The notes beneath the pieces are model-generated. The model was not told the origin of the DNA, did not search any database, and was given only the letters and a program-made list of their open reading frames with translations. Positions 23,100 to 34,829 of a DNA stretch of 64,000 bases are shown in pieces. Source of the DNA: Trichoplax sp. H2 (lineage: Eukaryota). The number at the start of each line of letters is the position of its first letter. Position 1 is the first letter of the stretch. A program made the translations under genes and the position numbers. The stretch is taken from NCBI GenBank assembly GCA_003344405.1, contig NOWV01000204.1, forward strand, positions 1 to 64,000, in the 5' to 3' direction.

Positions 23100-24800
23100 A
23101 AAGCAATCGGATTGCCTGTAGCTATCCAATGAATGATTGGCTATTTACAATGCCTATAAAGCATAAGAAGGATAGAGCGAAATTAGTTCAACCCTTTACA
23201 GATCGATCCATGTTGTTGGTACAAGTCGATTGGAGAATGAAATGGTATTGTCGTTGTTTGAATCCTAACAAATCAAATCAGCCTCGTTGTCTATACCCTA
23301 CAACGCGTTGTATTAAGCATGGAGCAGATCCATGGTCCTACACTGAACTATGATCCCATTATTCCTAGCCTAAATTACATGCAATTTCAGCAAGATAGAC
23401 AGCAATTGGTTGAAGATTGGATGCGTAAAGTAGAGCATGTTCAACTCCATCTTATCCTATGACTGTATTTGTAGCAGATCGATTCCTGCCTGCTATCATG
23501 ACAATGTATCACAAAGTCCGAACGTCACTATGAATAGGATTGAATGTAAGCAAAGGGATAAATGACAATTCTCCTGGTATAAACGAATTTGACATTGCTT
23601 ACCACACGTTATTGACAAGGAAGGAAAGAGAAAACTGCTTGTTTTCCTCTTTTCCTTTGCACTTTTTCCCTGTGTCCACTTGGAATTTTTCAAAGAGAAA
23701 AAAATTGCTAGGCCAATGTGGCGTACGTAGAGTGACACCCCACACTACCACGGACAATCTCAGTATGATCTCCGAGTCAGCAGCTTGCTGATAACTGGTT
23801 GACCTGCCCAGCGTCCACTGGCGTACAATAGAATACAATAGGGTGAGTGTGTTGCGCTTAGCTTGAAGCACTTCTGTTTTCTGACTGGACTGCACGTCGT
23901 CCACGGAGGACGGACGTATCGAGCGATTGTCTGAGGCTGATCTACTCTACTGTACACTAGAATGGTGTTCAGCGTCAACCGGACGGTGTGACGTGATCAG
24001 AGACTTCAACTGGCTGTCAAAGACTGTTCAACGTGGATGAGCGGAGTCAATCGCGCTTGACGACTGACGTTCCAGACCACAGCACTGTACCATCGACGGT
24101 GTGTAGTACAGTAGTACAAAGTACAGTACAGTGGAATGGTGTTCAGCGTCAACCGGACGGTGTGACGTGGTCAGAGACTTCAACTAGCTCTCAAAGACTG
24201 TTCAACGTCGATGAGTGGAGGAGTCAATCGCGCTTCACGACTGACGTTCCAGACCACAGCACTCTACCACGGACAGTACAGTAGAATGGCGTTCAGCGTC
24301 AACCGGACGGTGTGACGTGATCAGAGACTTCAACTAGCTCTCAAAGACTGTTCAACGTCGATGAGTGAGTCAATCGCGCTTCACGGCTGACGTTCCAGAC
24401 CACAGCACGCTACCATCGACAGTGTGTAGTACAGTTGTACAGTACAAAGTACAGTACAGTGGAATGGTGTTCAGCGTCAACCGGACGGTGTGACGTGGTC
24501 AGAGACTTCAACTAGCTCTCAAAGACTGTTCAACGTCGATGAGTGAGTGAGTCAATCGCGCTTCACGACTGACGTTCCAGACCACAGCACTCTACCATGG
24601 ACAGTGTGCAGTACAGTTGTACACTGTACACTGTACAGTAGAATGGGGTTCAGCGTCAACCGGACGGTGTGACGTGGTCAGAGACTTCAACTAGCTCTCA
24701 AAGACTGTTCAACGTCGATGAGCGAGTCAATCGCGCTTCACGACTGACGTTGGACGACTGATGTTCCAGACCACAGCACTTTACCATGGACAGTGTGCAG
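23100..24800 (+). mobile_element. Highly decayed Penelope-like retroelement remnant
   Basis: Ordered RT-like fragments: WLFTMP (motif A-like), EQIHG...PIIPSLNYM (motif B-like, ~23322-23380), LIL*LYL*QIDSCL (motif C region), INDNSPGINEF, and a PT.T.D.L.YD-like thumb stretch (~23720-23775). Confidence 0.45.
23960..24800. repeat. Tandem repeat, 5 copies: ~130-bp conserved GC-richer core with variable cagta-type linkers
   Basis: The anchor gaatggtgttcagcgtcaaccggacggtgtgacgt starts at 23960, 24134, 24284, 24462 and 24641. Confidence 0.95.
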
Positions 24801-24869
24801 TATAGTTGTACACTTGTACACGCTACATATCTATTGATTCACTCTTGAATCTTGACACTTTAACCCAGC

Positions 24870-25310
24870 AACCGTCTGTACCATACTGTCCGTATAGTAC
24901 GTGCAGTACTGTACAGTACTGTAGTAGTGTAGTGTACTGTACTGTCTGTACTACGTTACTGGTACTATGGCAAAATGAAAATCGCGATGACCAAATTTTA
25001 CACTAGTTGTACACCAATGTACACGCTACATGTCTATTGATTCACTCTTGAATCAATCGTCCAGTGCGCAGTAGAGGTCTTTATGGTCTGGTCTACGTAC
25101 AGTACAGTACAGTACTGTACTATGCACACTGTACACTGTACACTGTAGTACTGTACTGTATTACTGTGTACAGTACAGTACTGTAGGATAGTACGTACTG
25201 TACACTGTACACTGTACCGTATACAGTACGTACAGTAGTACGGTACAGTACTGTATATGGTAAAATCACCTTTGTACTGTACTCTACTGCACTGTACATT
25301 GTACAACTTC
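24870..25310. repeat. Low-complexity CAGTA/TACTG/GTACA simple-sequence tract
   Basis: Dense interspersed tactg, cagta and gtacac words. A ~45-bp segment is also duplicated (~24806-24851 and ~25007-25053). Confidence 0.85.
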
Positions 25311-25525
25311 ACTTGACTGGTGCAGTTGTCGTTGCTGACAGACTGCTGTTACTATCTGCCTAATTTATTCATGCAGAATGGTACATCAACAGTAGGCAGC
25401 CATTGAGTCAACAGGACTAAAATAATTCGAGATTGTCCATTGGATTTCAACGCTTTTTCTAGCATTGAAGTCCAAATATCAATTGATCCAACTTGCTCGC
25501 TTGTCACAGGAATCTTCTGCCTGCA

Positions 25526-28500
25526 ATGCCTGAATTACAAAATGCGTTAGAAAAGAAAGGATGGTAGGACTGCAAATAAGGATAAGAGGATGATTCTTGA
25601 TTTTGCTACGTGTATTGAGCAGTCAGCACATCTTTTAGCATGAGAAGATGAACTATCTCTCATGTTGGCTCTTATTATATTATAAATCAATTCATGTACT
25701 CTACATTACCACGTACAGTATTTAGTAACCTTTATTTTCTAGCCTTGAAAGTAGCTACAGTAGTTGGTGAACTATACATACAGTACAAGGGTATCAACAT
25801 CGTAGTATGCATCAATATGAATCTGATTTCGCAACAATATGATGTTAAAGTAGCTCCAGAGCGTATTCGCAAATAGTCGAATGGATGAATTTCACCTTAT
25901 AATAAAGCTAAATTCTCTAAAGTTTTATTCAGTTTGTTTAAATAAAATAAATTATATCATATGTACAGTATTAGAAATGATGGAGCTCTATCATAGCTTG
26001 AGGCTGCAGTATATTTTGACATACGAGTAAACTGCAGTCTCCAGGAAATAAACTGGAAATAATTTTCATTTTACTCATTGAGCCTCAATCGACTTTGTCA
26101 AAATCGGATCAATCATGAAAGTTGGTGCAAATTTTTGCAACAAGACTTTTTAAAAACCCCCTATTCTTGACCGTTGTCAAAAGTTTACCGACCTTAAATA
26201 CTTACCTATATTTACATTTGCCAAATACGAGTAGATTAAAGTAGAAATAAAGTCTCATCGTTATCTTCTTCATTAAGAATTATAGTTTAACGTTCATCAT
26301 CACATTCATTTGATCTTAGGTTCCTTACTCCTGAAGCTATTAAGGATTGCAGTAATGATAACAGAAATGTTTCTGCTGATTCAGTCATCAAAACTGCATT
26401 GGATGTAAGTACGACATATTCAGGTTTTGATGTTTAGATCAGTTTTAGAATTCGATACATCATTTTACAAGTATGCTGCCGTGTTTGTTAGGAGTATGTC
26501 ATTTATTATTGCAATATACATTATTAACTTATACTCGTAATATCTCAATAATAGCTAGATATTCGAGGTATGTGTAAGAAAATTTTACCAGATGGTGTTG
26601 GCAGGAGTACTTCCAATAAGGTCATAATTTTAAGGAAAACAACTCATACACATTACAGTTTGATGTTTTTGCTACATCCTCAATTGATTTGAACTTAATG
26701 ATAATTAATGTTAAATCTAATAAGAGATATATACCGAAGATAATTTAAAGCGCGTTCAATCTGATCAAAAACGCATGGGCTGTGATTAAATGATACACGT
26801 AATCTGATTGATTAATAAGCGATATTGGTCCTGTCATGATACTTCAGAACGTAAATCAACTAAATTTGCGATAAACGCACGATAGTATGCACCAATCTTG
26901 ATCGATAGTACTGTATCAAAGGTGCTTGAATCTACAGTGTATTGTATAGGAAAGAGATTTTCAAATGGTTCCAGCCCTCAACATACTGCTATTTAATCTA
27001 GGAATTTTACATGATGTAGTAGGAGTTGCAGTTTGATTATAAAATAGTAATATCATAACTCTACCATTATACTAATCAACTACTCATAAATGCCAAACAA
27101 ATAGGTTCCGTACCCTCTGGTATTACAAGTTATTAAAATTACAAACATAGCTGCTCCAAGTTCCAATCAAGAATCTCAAACAGCTCCACCGTTATTACGC
27201 ATTCACTTGTCTGATGGACACTCAACATGCACAGCATTAGATATTTCCAGTATCCAGGGCCTTTCGTTAGTCTTATGAAACCGATAAAAATATTGTATAA
27301 ATAACTCAAAGCTAACATACAGTTTAATTTATAATAGGATCATTTCTTGAAATTGTATATGTGTTTTGTTTGTGGTACAGTTTAAAGACCTTTCCTGGTA
27401 CCAAAATATGTTTAAAAGCTGAAGTTCAAGCCAGAAACGGAATGCTATTATTAACCAATGAAAATGCCAAGTTATTAGGTGGAAACGTCGAAAAGTTAAT
27501 ACGGAAAGGCAAAGCGGGCCAGGTTTACATTATATCATTAGAATTATTTGCTATCTGAAGTTCTTAACCTTAAGTAATACGACAAAAGTTAATTTAGAAT
27601 TCCAAAATTTTTGTCGAAATTAACAACTGACTTATTCAACTTGTTAGGCTTTAATTAAAACGTCTAGTGATGGCGGCTCTTCTGGACCTCCAGCATTTAT
27701 TCCTTTTCAAGAATATATCAAGAATAATCCTAATATGGCTAAACAAGAGACTACTAAAGTTAACAGTAGTAATTCCTCTAAAAATTTTAAACAACAGCAA
27801 GGAAATAATCATAATCGAACCGAAAAATCTTATAATAAGGATGCTCGTAGCGGCTACAGTAAAAGTTAGTACATTGGCCTATGTTTAATAGGAATAGTGT
27901 AAAATATGCTACCTTGTTTTACTTAATAGCGCTTGGGTATTTTAAATTATAGATGATAGTAGCCAGAATTGGCGCGATCGCTCAGATCAAGCGACACACC
28001 GTTCTCAAGGTAACTGTAGTAATTACTCGTAATATTTTCTTAGATTTTCGTGACAATGATTATGATCTTAAAACTATAAATAGAATTACTATCGAGAACT
28101 TTTTGTATAGGAGCAAGTAGCCAGGATTCTTCTAGATCTGTGGAAGACACGCGTAAGCGAAATGAGCCTGCCAGAGGTTACATGAGTTCTTATATGAATT
28201 AAACGTTGTTATGACAAAACAATTTTAGCAATTATCCTGTTAATGGTACTATTCGATCCGCATAGAAGTTGATATCCCAGTAATTATATAGGATTCTTCA
28301 GAATGTATTTGAATTAGCCGAAATGCTCAATATCGTATGCCAAAATTTTCGTTAGTAACTGGTAAGTACTGTTCATAGGAGTTGGACCGCCGCGGGGTAA
28401 CGCAAGATCTGGAAAGATGGCACTTTGGAATGCCCTAGATAAGCACTTAAATCTCAAGGGTAAGAGTCGAAGTTCTAAAATACGGTAGTAGATTCCGTTA

Positions 28501-29892
28501 CACATTGCTAACATTTCGTTATTATTATTAGTCGAGATTGTGGTAGATTGAGTTATAATGAACAGCAAATTGTATATTTTGTAGACAATGACCGTCAAGT
28601 TGAAGCACGACAACAGGATACGTTCGATGATGGATATGCTAACGATCATGATGATAGTCGACATAGAGGAGGCCAAACACAAAGGCGTGGCCATCGCGGT
28701 AGAGGTTTTGACCCGAACTTTGCTAGTAGGCAGCTGCCACGACAAACGTATCAACAACCTCATCATGACAGCAGAGCCCCCTATGATGATCAGGTTTTAT
28801 AGATAAATTTTGATAGAGATTATTCAATTTTAATATCAACTTCAGTCTTTCTATGTAATACTGATGTATCATCTTTCGTAATAATCAATAGGAACATCGA
28901 TATTATAACAACAGAGGTACCGGATATGGTAGTCATCAACAACCTCATGATGGCAGAGCCCCCTATGATGATCAGGTTTTATGGATAAATTTTAAATAGA
29001 GTTTATTCAATTTTAATATCAACTTCAGTCTTTCTGTACAATGTTGGTGTATCATCAATAGGGACATGGATATTATAACGACAGAGGTACCGGATTTGGT
29101 AGTCATCAACAGCCTCATGATAGCAGAGCCTCCTATGACGATCAGGTTTTATAGATAAATTTTAAATGGAGATTATTCAATTTTAATATCGATTTCAGTC
29201 TTTCTGTACAATGTTGATGTATCATCTATCGTAATCATCAATAGGGACATGGATATTATAACAACAGAGGTACCGGATTTGGTAGTCATCAACAGCCTCG
29301 TGATAGTAGAGCCTCCTATGATGATCAGGTTTTATGGATAAATTTTAAATGGAGTTTATTCAATTTTAATATCGATTTCAGTCTTTCTGTACAATGTTGA
29401 TGTATCATCTATCGTAATCATCAATAGGGACATGGATATTATAACAACAGAGGTACCGGATTTGGTAGTCATCAACAACCTCATGATGGCAGAGCCTCCT
29501 ATGATGATCAGGTTTTATAGATAAATTTTAAATGGAGTTTATTCAATTTTAATATCGATTTCAGTCTTTCTGTACAATGTTGATGTATCATCTATCGTAA
29601 TCATCAATAGGGACATGGATATTATAACAACAGAGGTACCGGATTTGGTAGTCATCAACAACCTCATGATAGCAGAGCCTCCTATGATGATCAGGTTTTA
29701 TAGATAAATTTTAAATGGAGATTATTCAATTTTAATATCGATTTCAGTCTTTCTGTACAATGCTGATGTATCATCTATCGTAATCATCAATAGGGACATG
29801 GATATTATAACAACAGAGGTACCGGTTCTGGCAATCATCCGCCAAGATCAAGAGGTAGGGGCAGAAGTAATTTCCGACAAAATCGTACTTAG
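25526..29892 (+). CDS. TDRD3: TDRD3-like protein: N-terminal DUF1767/OB fold and RG-rich tail; no UBA or Tudor domain seen
   Basis: MPELQNALEKKGW|FLTPEAIKDC...ALD|LDIRGMCKKFLP...LVLQVIKITNIAAP..NQESQTAPPLLRIHLSDGH...PGTKI.L...RNGMLLL.....LLGGNVEKL...GPPAFIPF matches the TDRD3 N-terminus. Stop at 29890-29892. Confidence 0.85.
28750..29826 (+). repeat. Tandem exon+intron repeat inside TDRD3 (183-bp period, one unit 170 bp)
   Basis: 84-nt phase-0 exons at 28892-28975, 29062-29145, 29245-29328, 29428-29511 and 29611-29694, with near-identical introns. Confidence 0.95.
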
Positions 29893-30934
29893 GACAACGG
29901 CTTTTACAAAGATGATCCTGACATTGGTTGTTGTACATCGATGGAATATTTCAACTTAGTGCATGGTTTCGTAGTTAATGTAATCCAAAATTCAATTCTT
30001 TACGTCGCGTGACTACATCTATTATCGTCACTGTAGTCTGCATAAAATTTTGTCTTCAGCCAGCCAAAAAATTGCAACTGAATCTAATCAATGACACATA
30101 CGCATATTGTTGTGAACCAAATTTTCGTAGCGCAGTTGTTACGCCTTGTGAGCTTAAATTTTGAACAAGCTACTGTTCTGTATATTAACGGAGATAATTG
30201 AACTTTGTCTTGGATGCGAGCACAGCTCTCTCCACTATATCGATACACATGATATAACACATCATGCTATATGTTATTGTAAAGGAATATGACGTGATAT
30301 TACTCTGTACATGGAACGTATTGGCATATCAGCCCATTATATTGAGCAAAACAGTATAGTCTTTTCAAGTACAATTGGCTAATTTTCATTTGTGATCCTA
30401 GATTAAGTTGAAAAAATATTATTATGTAATCATTATTGAAATCACTAATCCTGTACATTAAACAATAACCAAAGACCAGCTTATTCAATTAATGTTTTGA
30501 CGTAATTGAATTTGAGTTACGAATGCGTATCAAGTATGATTGTCATGCTAGGTGGTCCCTCAACGGTCAACGGCAATAAATCATAAATGAGAAGGTATTA
30601 ATTATAACACAATAAATTTATTTTCATGAAGCCAAATACGCAGCTTTTTTTAGCTAGGTATTTTGGGGCATTAAACTAGTAAGTTAATCTAAAGATTCTC
30701 AAGTTCAATAAAATAATCAATCATATTTTAATTCAAGTGTTATAACGGCTGTACAAAAATAGTTTTGTATCATACCGTGTGCTGTTACAAATGTCCCAGT
30801 TAATCAGCTAGTGATGGAATAAGTTATAATTAATTAATTATAAGAAATCTGACTTATTCATTTGTACATTATAACAATTTCAAGTAAGTAATAATAATAT
30901 GTAGATAGATAATTCTATTTGTTACATGCAGTCA

Positions 30935-33900
30935 CTAATCTCGAAATAGTTTTATCAGTTCCGTAAAGATGCAGGCCAATAATATTTTGTCTGTACACTT
31001 TACTAACTGTGAGTCATCATCAATTATTTTTAAGTGGATGTTGGTATTCGGTTTATCATTAGAAGCTTTTAACGCTTGTTGATGAACATTAAAAGACGGA
31101 TTAAGGTAATTGGCAATTGCATCACTAGCAGCTTCAATTACTTTCTTGAAGGATGCACTCTCTAATATTTTAGGCCGTATAAAAGAATCATTTGGAAGGA
31201 ATGATACAACTAGTCGTAGAATTAATGCAAGCAATCTAAAATCCCTGCAAGTGAATGACAAAGTGACGTTAGTTACAAATTTCAAAAATCGAATTACGTA
31301 CATGTTACGATATATATATTAATTGATAAGGGTGGTTAACTATAGGACTACAACAACTAATATCACGTAAGTAATTACCTTGCAAAAATTTTAATATTAA
31401 AAGTTTTGCCATCAGATGTAAATATGGTGAAACGTAAGCCGGATGATCCAACGAGTGTTTTAGACATTGGTAACAGAGTGCTTTGTTTCTTATGATCTGA
31501 TGTTGTCAACGTTTCTTGAAGGTCATGGGACAACTTTAGTTTACCAATCATATTCTCAACGATATCATTGTTGTTGATGTGATTCAGGTGAACTAATAGC
31601 TATTAGAGTTATAAAAATGCATGACAGAATTTTATAATCGAAGCGAACTTAAACGGATACATCAAAAAGCACCAATAGAAATGTACGGAAGGGTGCAATG
31701 TTACTGTACCTCAACTGCAACCTTGTTTATATTAGCTTCTGATAATTTTAAACAACTACAGATTTCGAGCTGAGGACTTGTAGAGTTATGTTTCATAAAA
31801 TCATCAGGTGTCAGTCTTATGGTACCACCGTAACAAACTAAGAAATTTCTAACTGTTTCTTCAGTAAAATCTTGCTTCAAAGCGCATAATATGTCAATGT
31901 CACAATAATCAGTCAATATGAAATTTGGCAATTCCGTTACGGTTACGATTTGAACTTTCGTCCCAGGTTTAATCGAGTTGATTGTATCATCTTCGGTACT
32001 ATTATCGGCTTCAGCAGATATTTTTTGCCTTTTGGCATCTAATTGGCAATGATTCAGTTTTGAAAACTGTTGATTCTATCACTTCATGCAGTTATATTGA
32101 ACTAAGCAGAGTTGAAAAATAATACTTTTTCATTAGCTAATGTTTACCAGAAGGAATTAAAGTTTCTTCAGTCTGTCGAATATTCGGAACGGGTAATGTG
32201 ATCGTTGTTCGGCTTTCGTTATCATTACTTACTAGAACGATTGCTATTGATGAGAGATAGCTAATAGGAAAAGAGAATAGATTTTTATGAGCTGTTGGAT
32301 AATATATATTATTTTATTGAAGGTTTAGATATGATATAATACAGTACCTCTCTGATTTATTGTCTATTTCGAAGGCAATTATAAGTCGATCATCGGTAAC
32401 AGTCCAATGCTTAATAGATATGATAACTTTACCAAGGTTTATTTTCGACGTTTTATTATCATTTGATCCTAATTCTTCAGATCCATCAATCAAGGTAAAC
32501 AAATCTGTAGACTATAAGCAATATTATGAGTCAGTTACATGCGTAATCAGAGACCATTGCAATGTCTTTCATGCACTAGAAACCATGGAAGAGATTTTTA
32601 TACAGTTATGTAAGAAATTTAGAATTATTTTACAAGCTTCATACATCTACGACTGGAGACGGGGGCAACCCGTTTCCTATTTGTGAAACCAGTTGAAGTG
32701 TTTTAGCTGCAAAGTCTTGCTTCTGTTTTAATTTACAGCGTAATTCATGAAGCTGAGCAGCTAGATTCTGTGCAGGTAATGAGATAAATTTAAAATTTTA
32801 AAATCTATTTTAATGTCAGATATCTTTTTAAACTACAACGACCGTTTGGATATAGTTAATATCCGAGGCTGTACCATTGGAATAACCAAATATTTATACC
32901 TGTATCCTAGCATCCAACGCTTTAATTGCCATAATTTGTCCAGGATATTTTACCGACTTACTTTCTGCATGCTCTTGATTGACAGATTCCTAAAAATTTT
33001 CAATAACATTACTAATACATATAGGAGTTAACGTGGTTATAACGTCTTAAATACCTCAGATTTTCTAGAAATGAAGTCATTTAAATCCAGAAGAGCAAAG
33101 TGTTCGTTGAAATTTTTAACCCCTGTGATGTTGTATGTAGCAGGAAAAAATTAGTTAGAAAATAAGAAAATAGACAGTAAGATAACTAAGATGACAATTA
33201 AAGTTATAATAAATTTATAATTAGCAATTATAGGACAAATTTTTTAATAATTTAAACCGATAAAGTTTGAATGGGAGAGAATCTACGCCTAATTACGAGA
33301 ATACATAAAACAAGAAAAGAAAGAAATTTGTTTCCTTTACAAGTATAAAATATAACCTGGATAATCTTCAAACAAGAAAAGAATTTGATCGTGACCAAGA
33401 CCAGCAAAATCGTCTATAAGTACATGCCTAACATTGCTCCTATTTTCAATAATCTACAAAGTTCATTTAGAATAACAATTACTTTAAGTATTGATTTGTT
33501 GGATGATGTTCCTATTCTGCATCTATATCATTTCAAATTGAAAGATAGAATGCAAAGTAGCACCTGCTGAGTTTGATGGTTAATAATGCAAATGTGGTCA
33601 TCAGCAGATTTAATCCATATATAATTATTACCTTCAATCTAATGTGAAAGAATAAGATTGTAAGGCAAAGATAAATGGTAGTTAACATTGTGTTAAAACA
33701 ATGATTTCATCAAGCTGTTGGTACCTAGCTTACCATTACACATGCTACATCTATCGCATTACCGAAAGGAATTTTGTACAGTCTAACAAGCTTAGCATGC
33801 AAGAATTCAACAAGCTGGCATTGACTTGTACAAGCAAAGATGATATAATTTGTATCACTAGTATTCATCCTATTGGCTGTATAGGATTTAGTTAATACTT

Positions 33901-34714
33901 GTAGCTGGTGAAGGTCGGAAACCAACGTAAAGCACGTTAAGATATTGCAATAAATATCAGGAATGATGCTATCTGAATCGAGTACGGTTGGAGTAGTAGT
34001 TTCGATGTTTAAGTTTATTGATTGCAGTTTGTAACATTTCTGTTTTGCTGAAGAAGAGTACGATGGATTGGAACTCATTTCTACTTTACCGATTGCATCT
34101 ATAGGATGTTTGGTATTTAAATTGAACGATTGTAAAAAGCAACAATATCGAGGCAATTGGAGGTCAGTATGACTGGCATGGTCAACAACTGGAGTAGAAA
34201 GTTGACGTTGGCCAAGAAAAGGATTATTTAATTGATGAATCTGGTGTGAGCCATTTTCATGATTAAGATCATGCTTAAGGATAGTTATTGTGGATGAATC
34301 AATAAGATAAATGGAAGGTCCATTCAAGATCGCGATTTGGATATTTTTATCCCACAGAAATTGAGGAATAAACCAACGACGAATCGGTACAAGACGAGGT
34401 TGATCCACCAGCTCAACCTGTATTAGGTAGCATGTTGCTGAAGCATGATCGTTTTGCTGCAATAATGCTAAGTAACATTTTTGAGTGTGCGTTAAGTAAT
34501 CGAGGACATTGTTCGCCGTATTTATTATTTGGCTATGGCAAGAGCTATTTTCCCAACTTAAAGAATAACTTTGGCCATAGCAATTCCACTGGACGCCATG
34601 ATATAATTGAAAACATTGCAACGTAATTTGCACGTTCTTATTGTCGTTTTGATTGAATGTAAAGTGCAGCAAGAATCCACAATAACTTGAAATGAAAGCC
34701 GATGATGGCGCCAT
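30935..34714 (-). CDS. FANCB: Fanconi anemia group B-like protein
   Basis: ILNGP, IIPDIYCNILT, ACTSQCQLVEF...IPFGNAIDV and the exon VLIDDFAGLGHDQILFLF resemble FANCB (VLNGP, IIPPAYSSVVT, ALTRKNQLISF...LPFGDP, VLIDDFIGSGTEQVLLLF). The first exon is large (~1 kb). The 3' end is taken at the ORF stop at 30935. Confidence 0.8.
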
Positions 34715-34829
34715 TATAGTAATAGTGATTCTATTTTTCTTCCTGACATTGTTGGATTAGTAAACGATTATTTAAGATATTATTTAGAGCAATATCACGT
34801 AGAAATTCGATGATTACCATGTTTGCATT

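Noticed and set aside
23960..24800. CRISPR-like repeat-spacer array
   Set aside because: Repeats are ~130 bp, spacers are low-complexity variants of one another, there are no cas genes, and the context is eukaryotic.
24033..25312. Short ORFs in the satellite and simple-sequence tract
   Set aside because: They are products of repeat periodicity with no splice or homology support.
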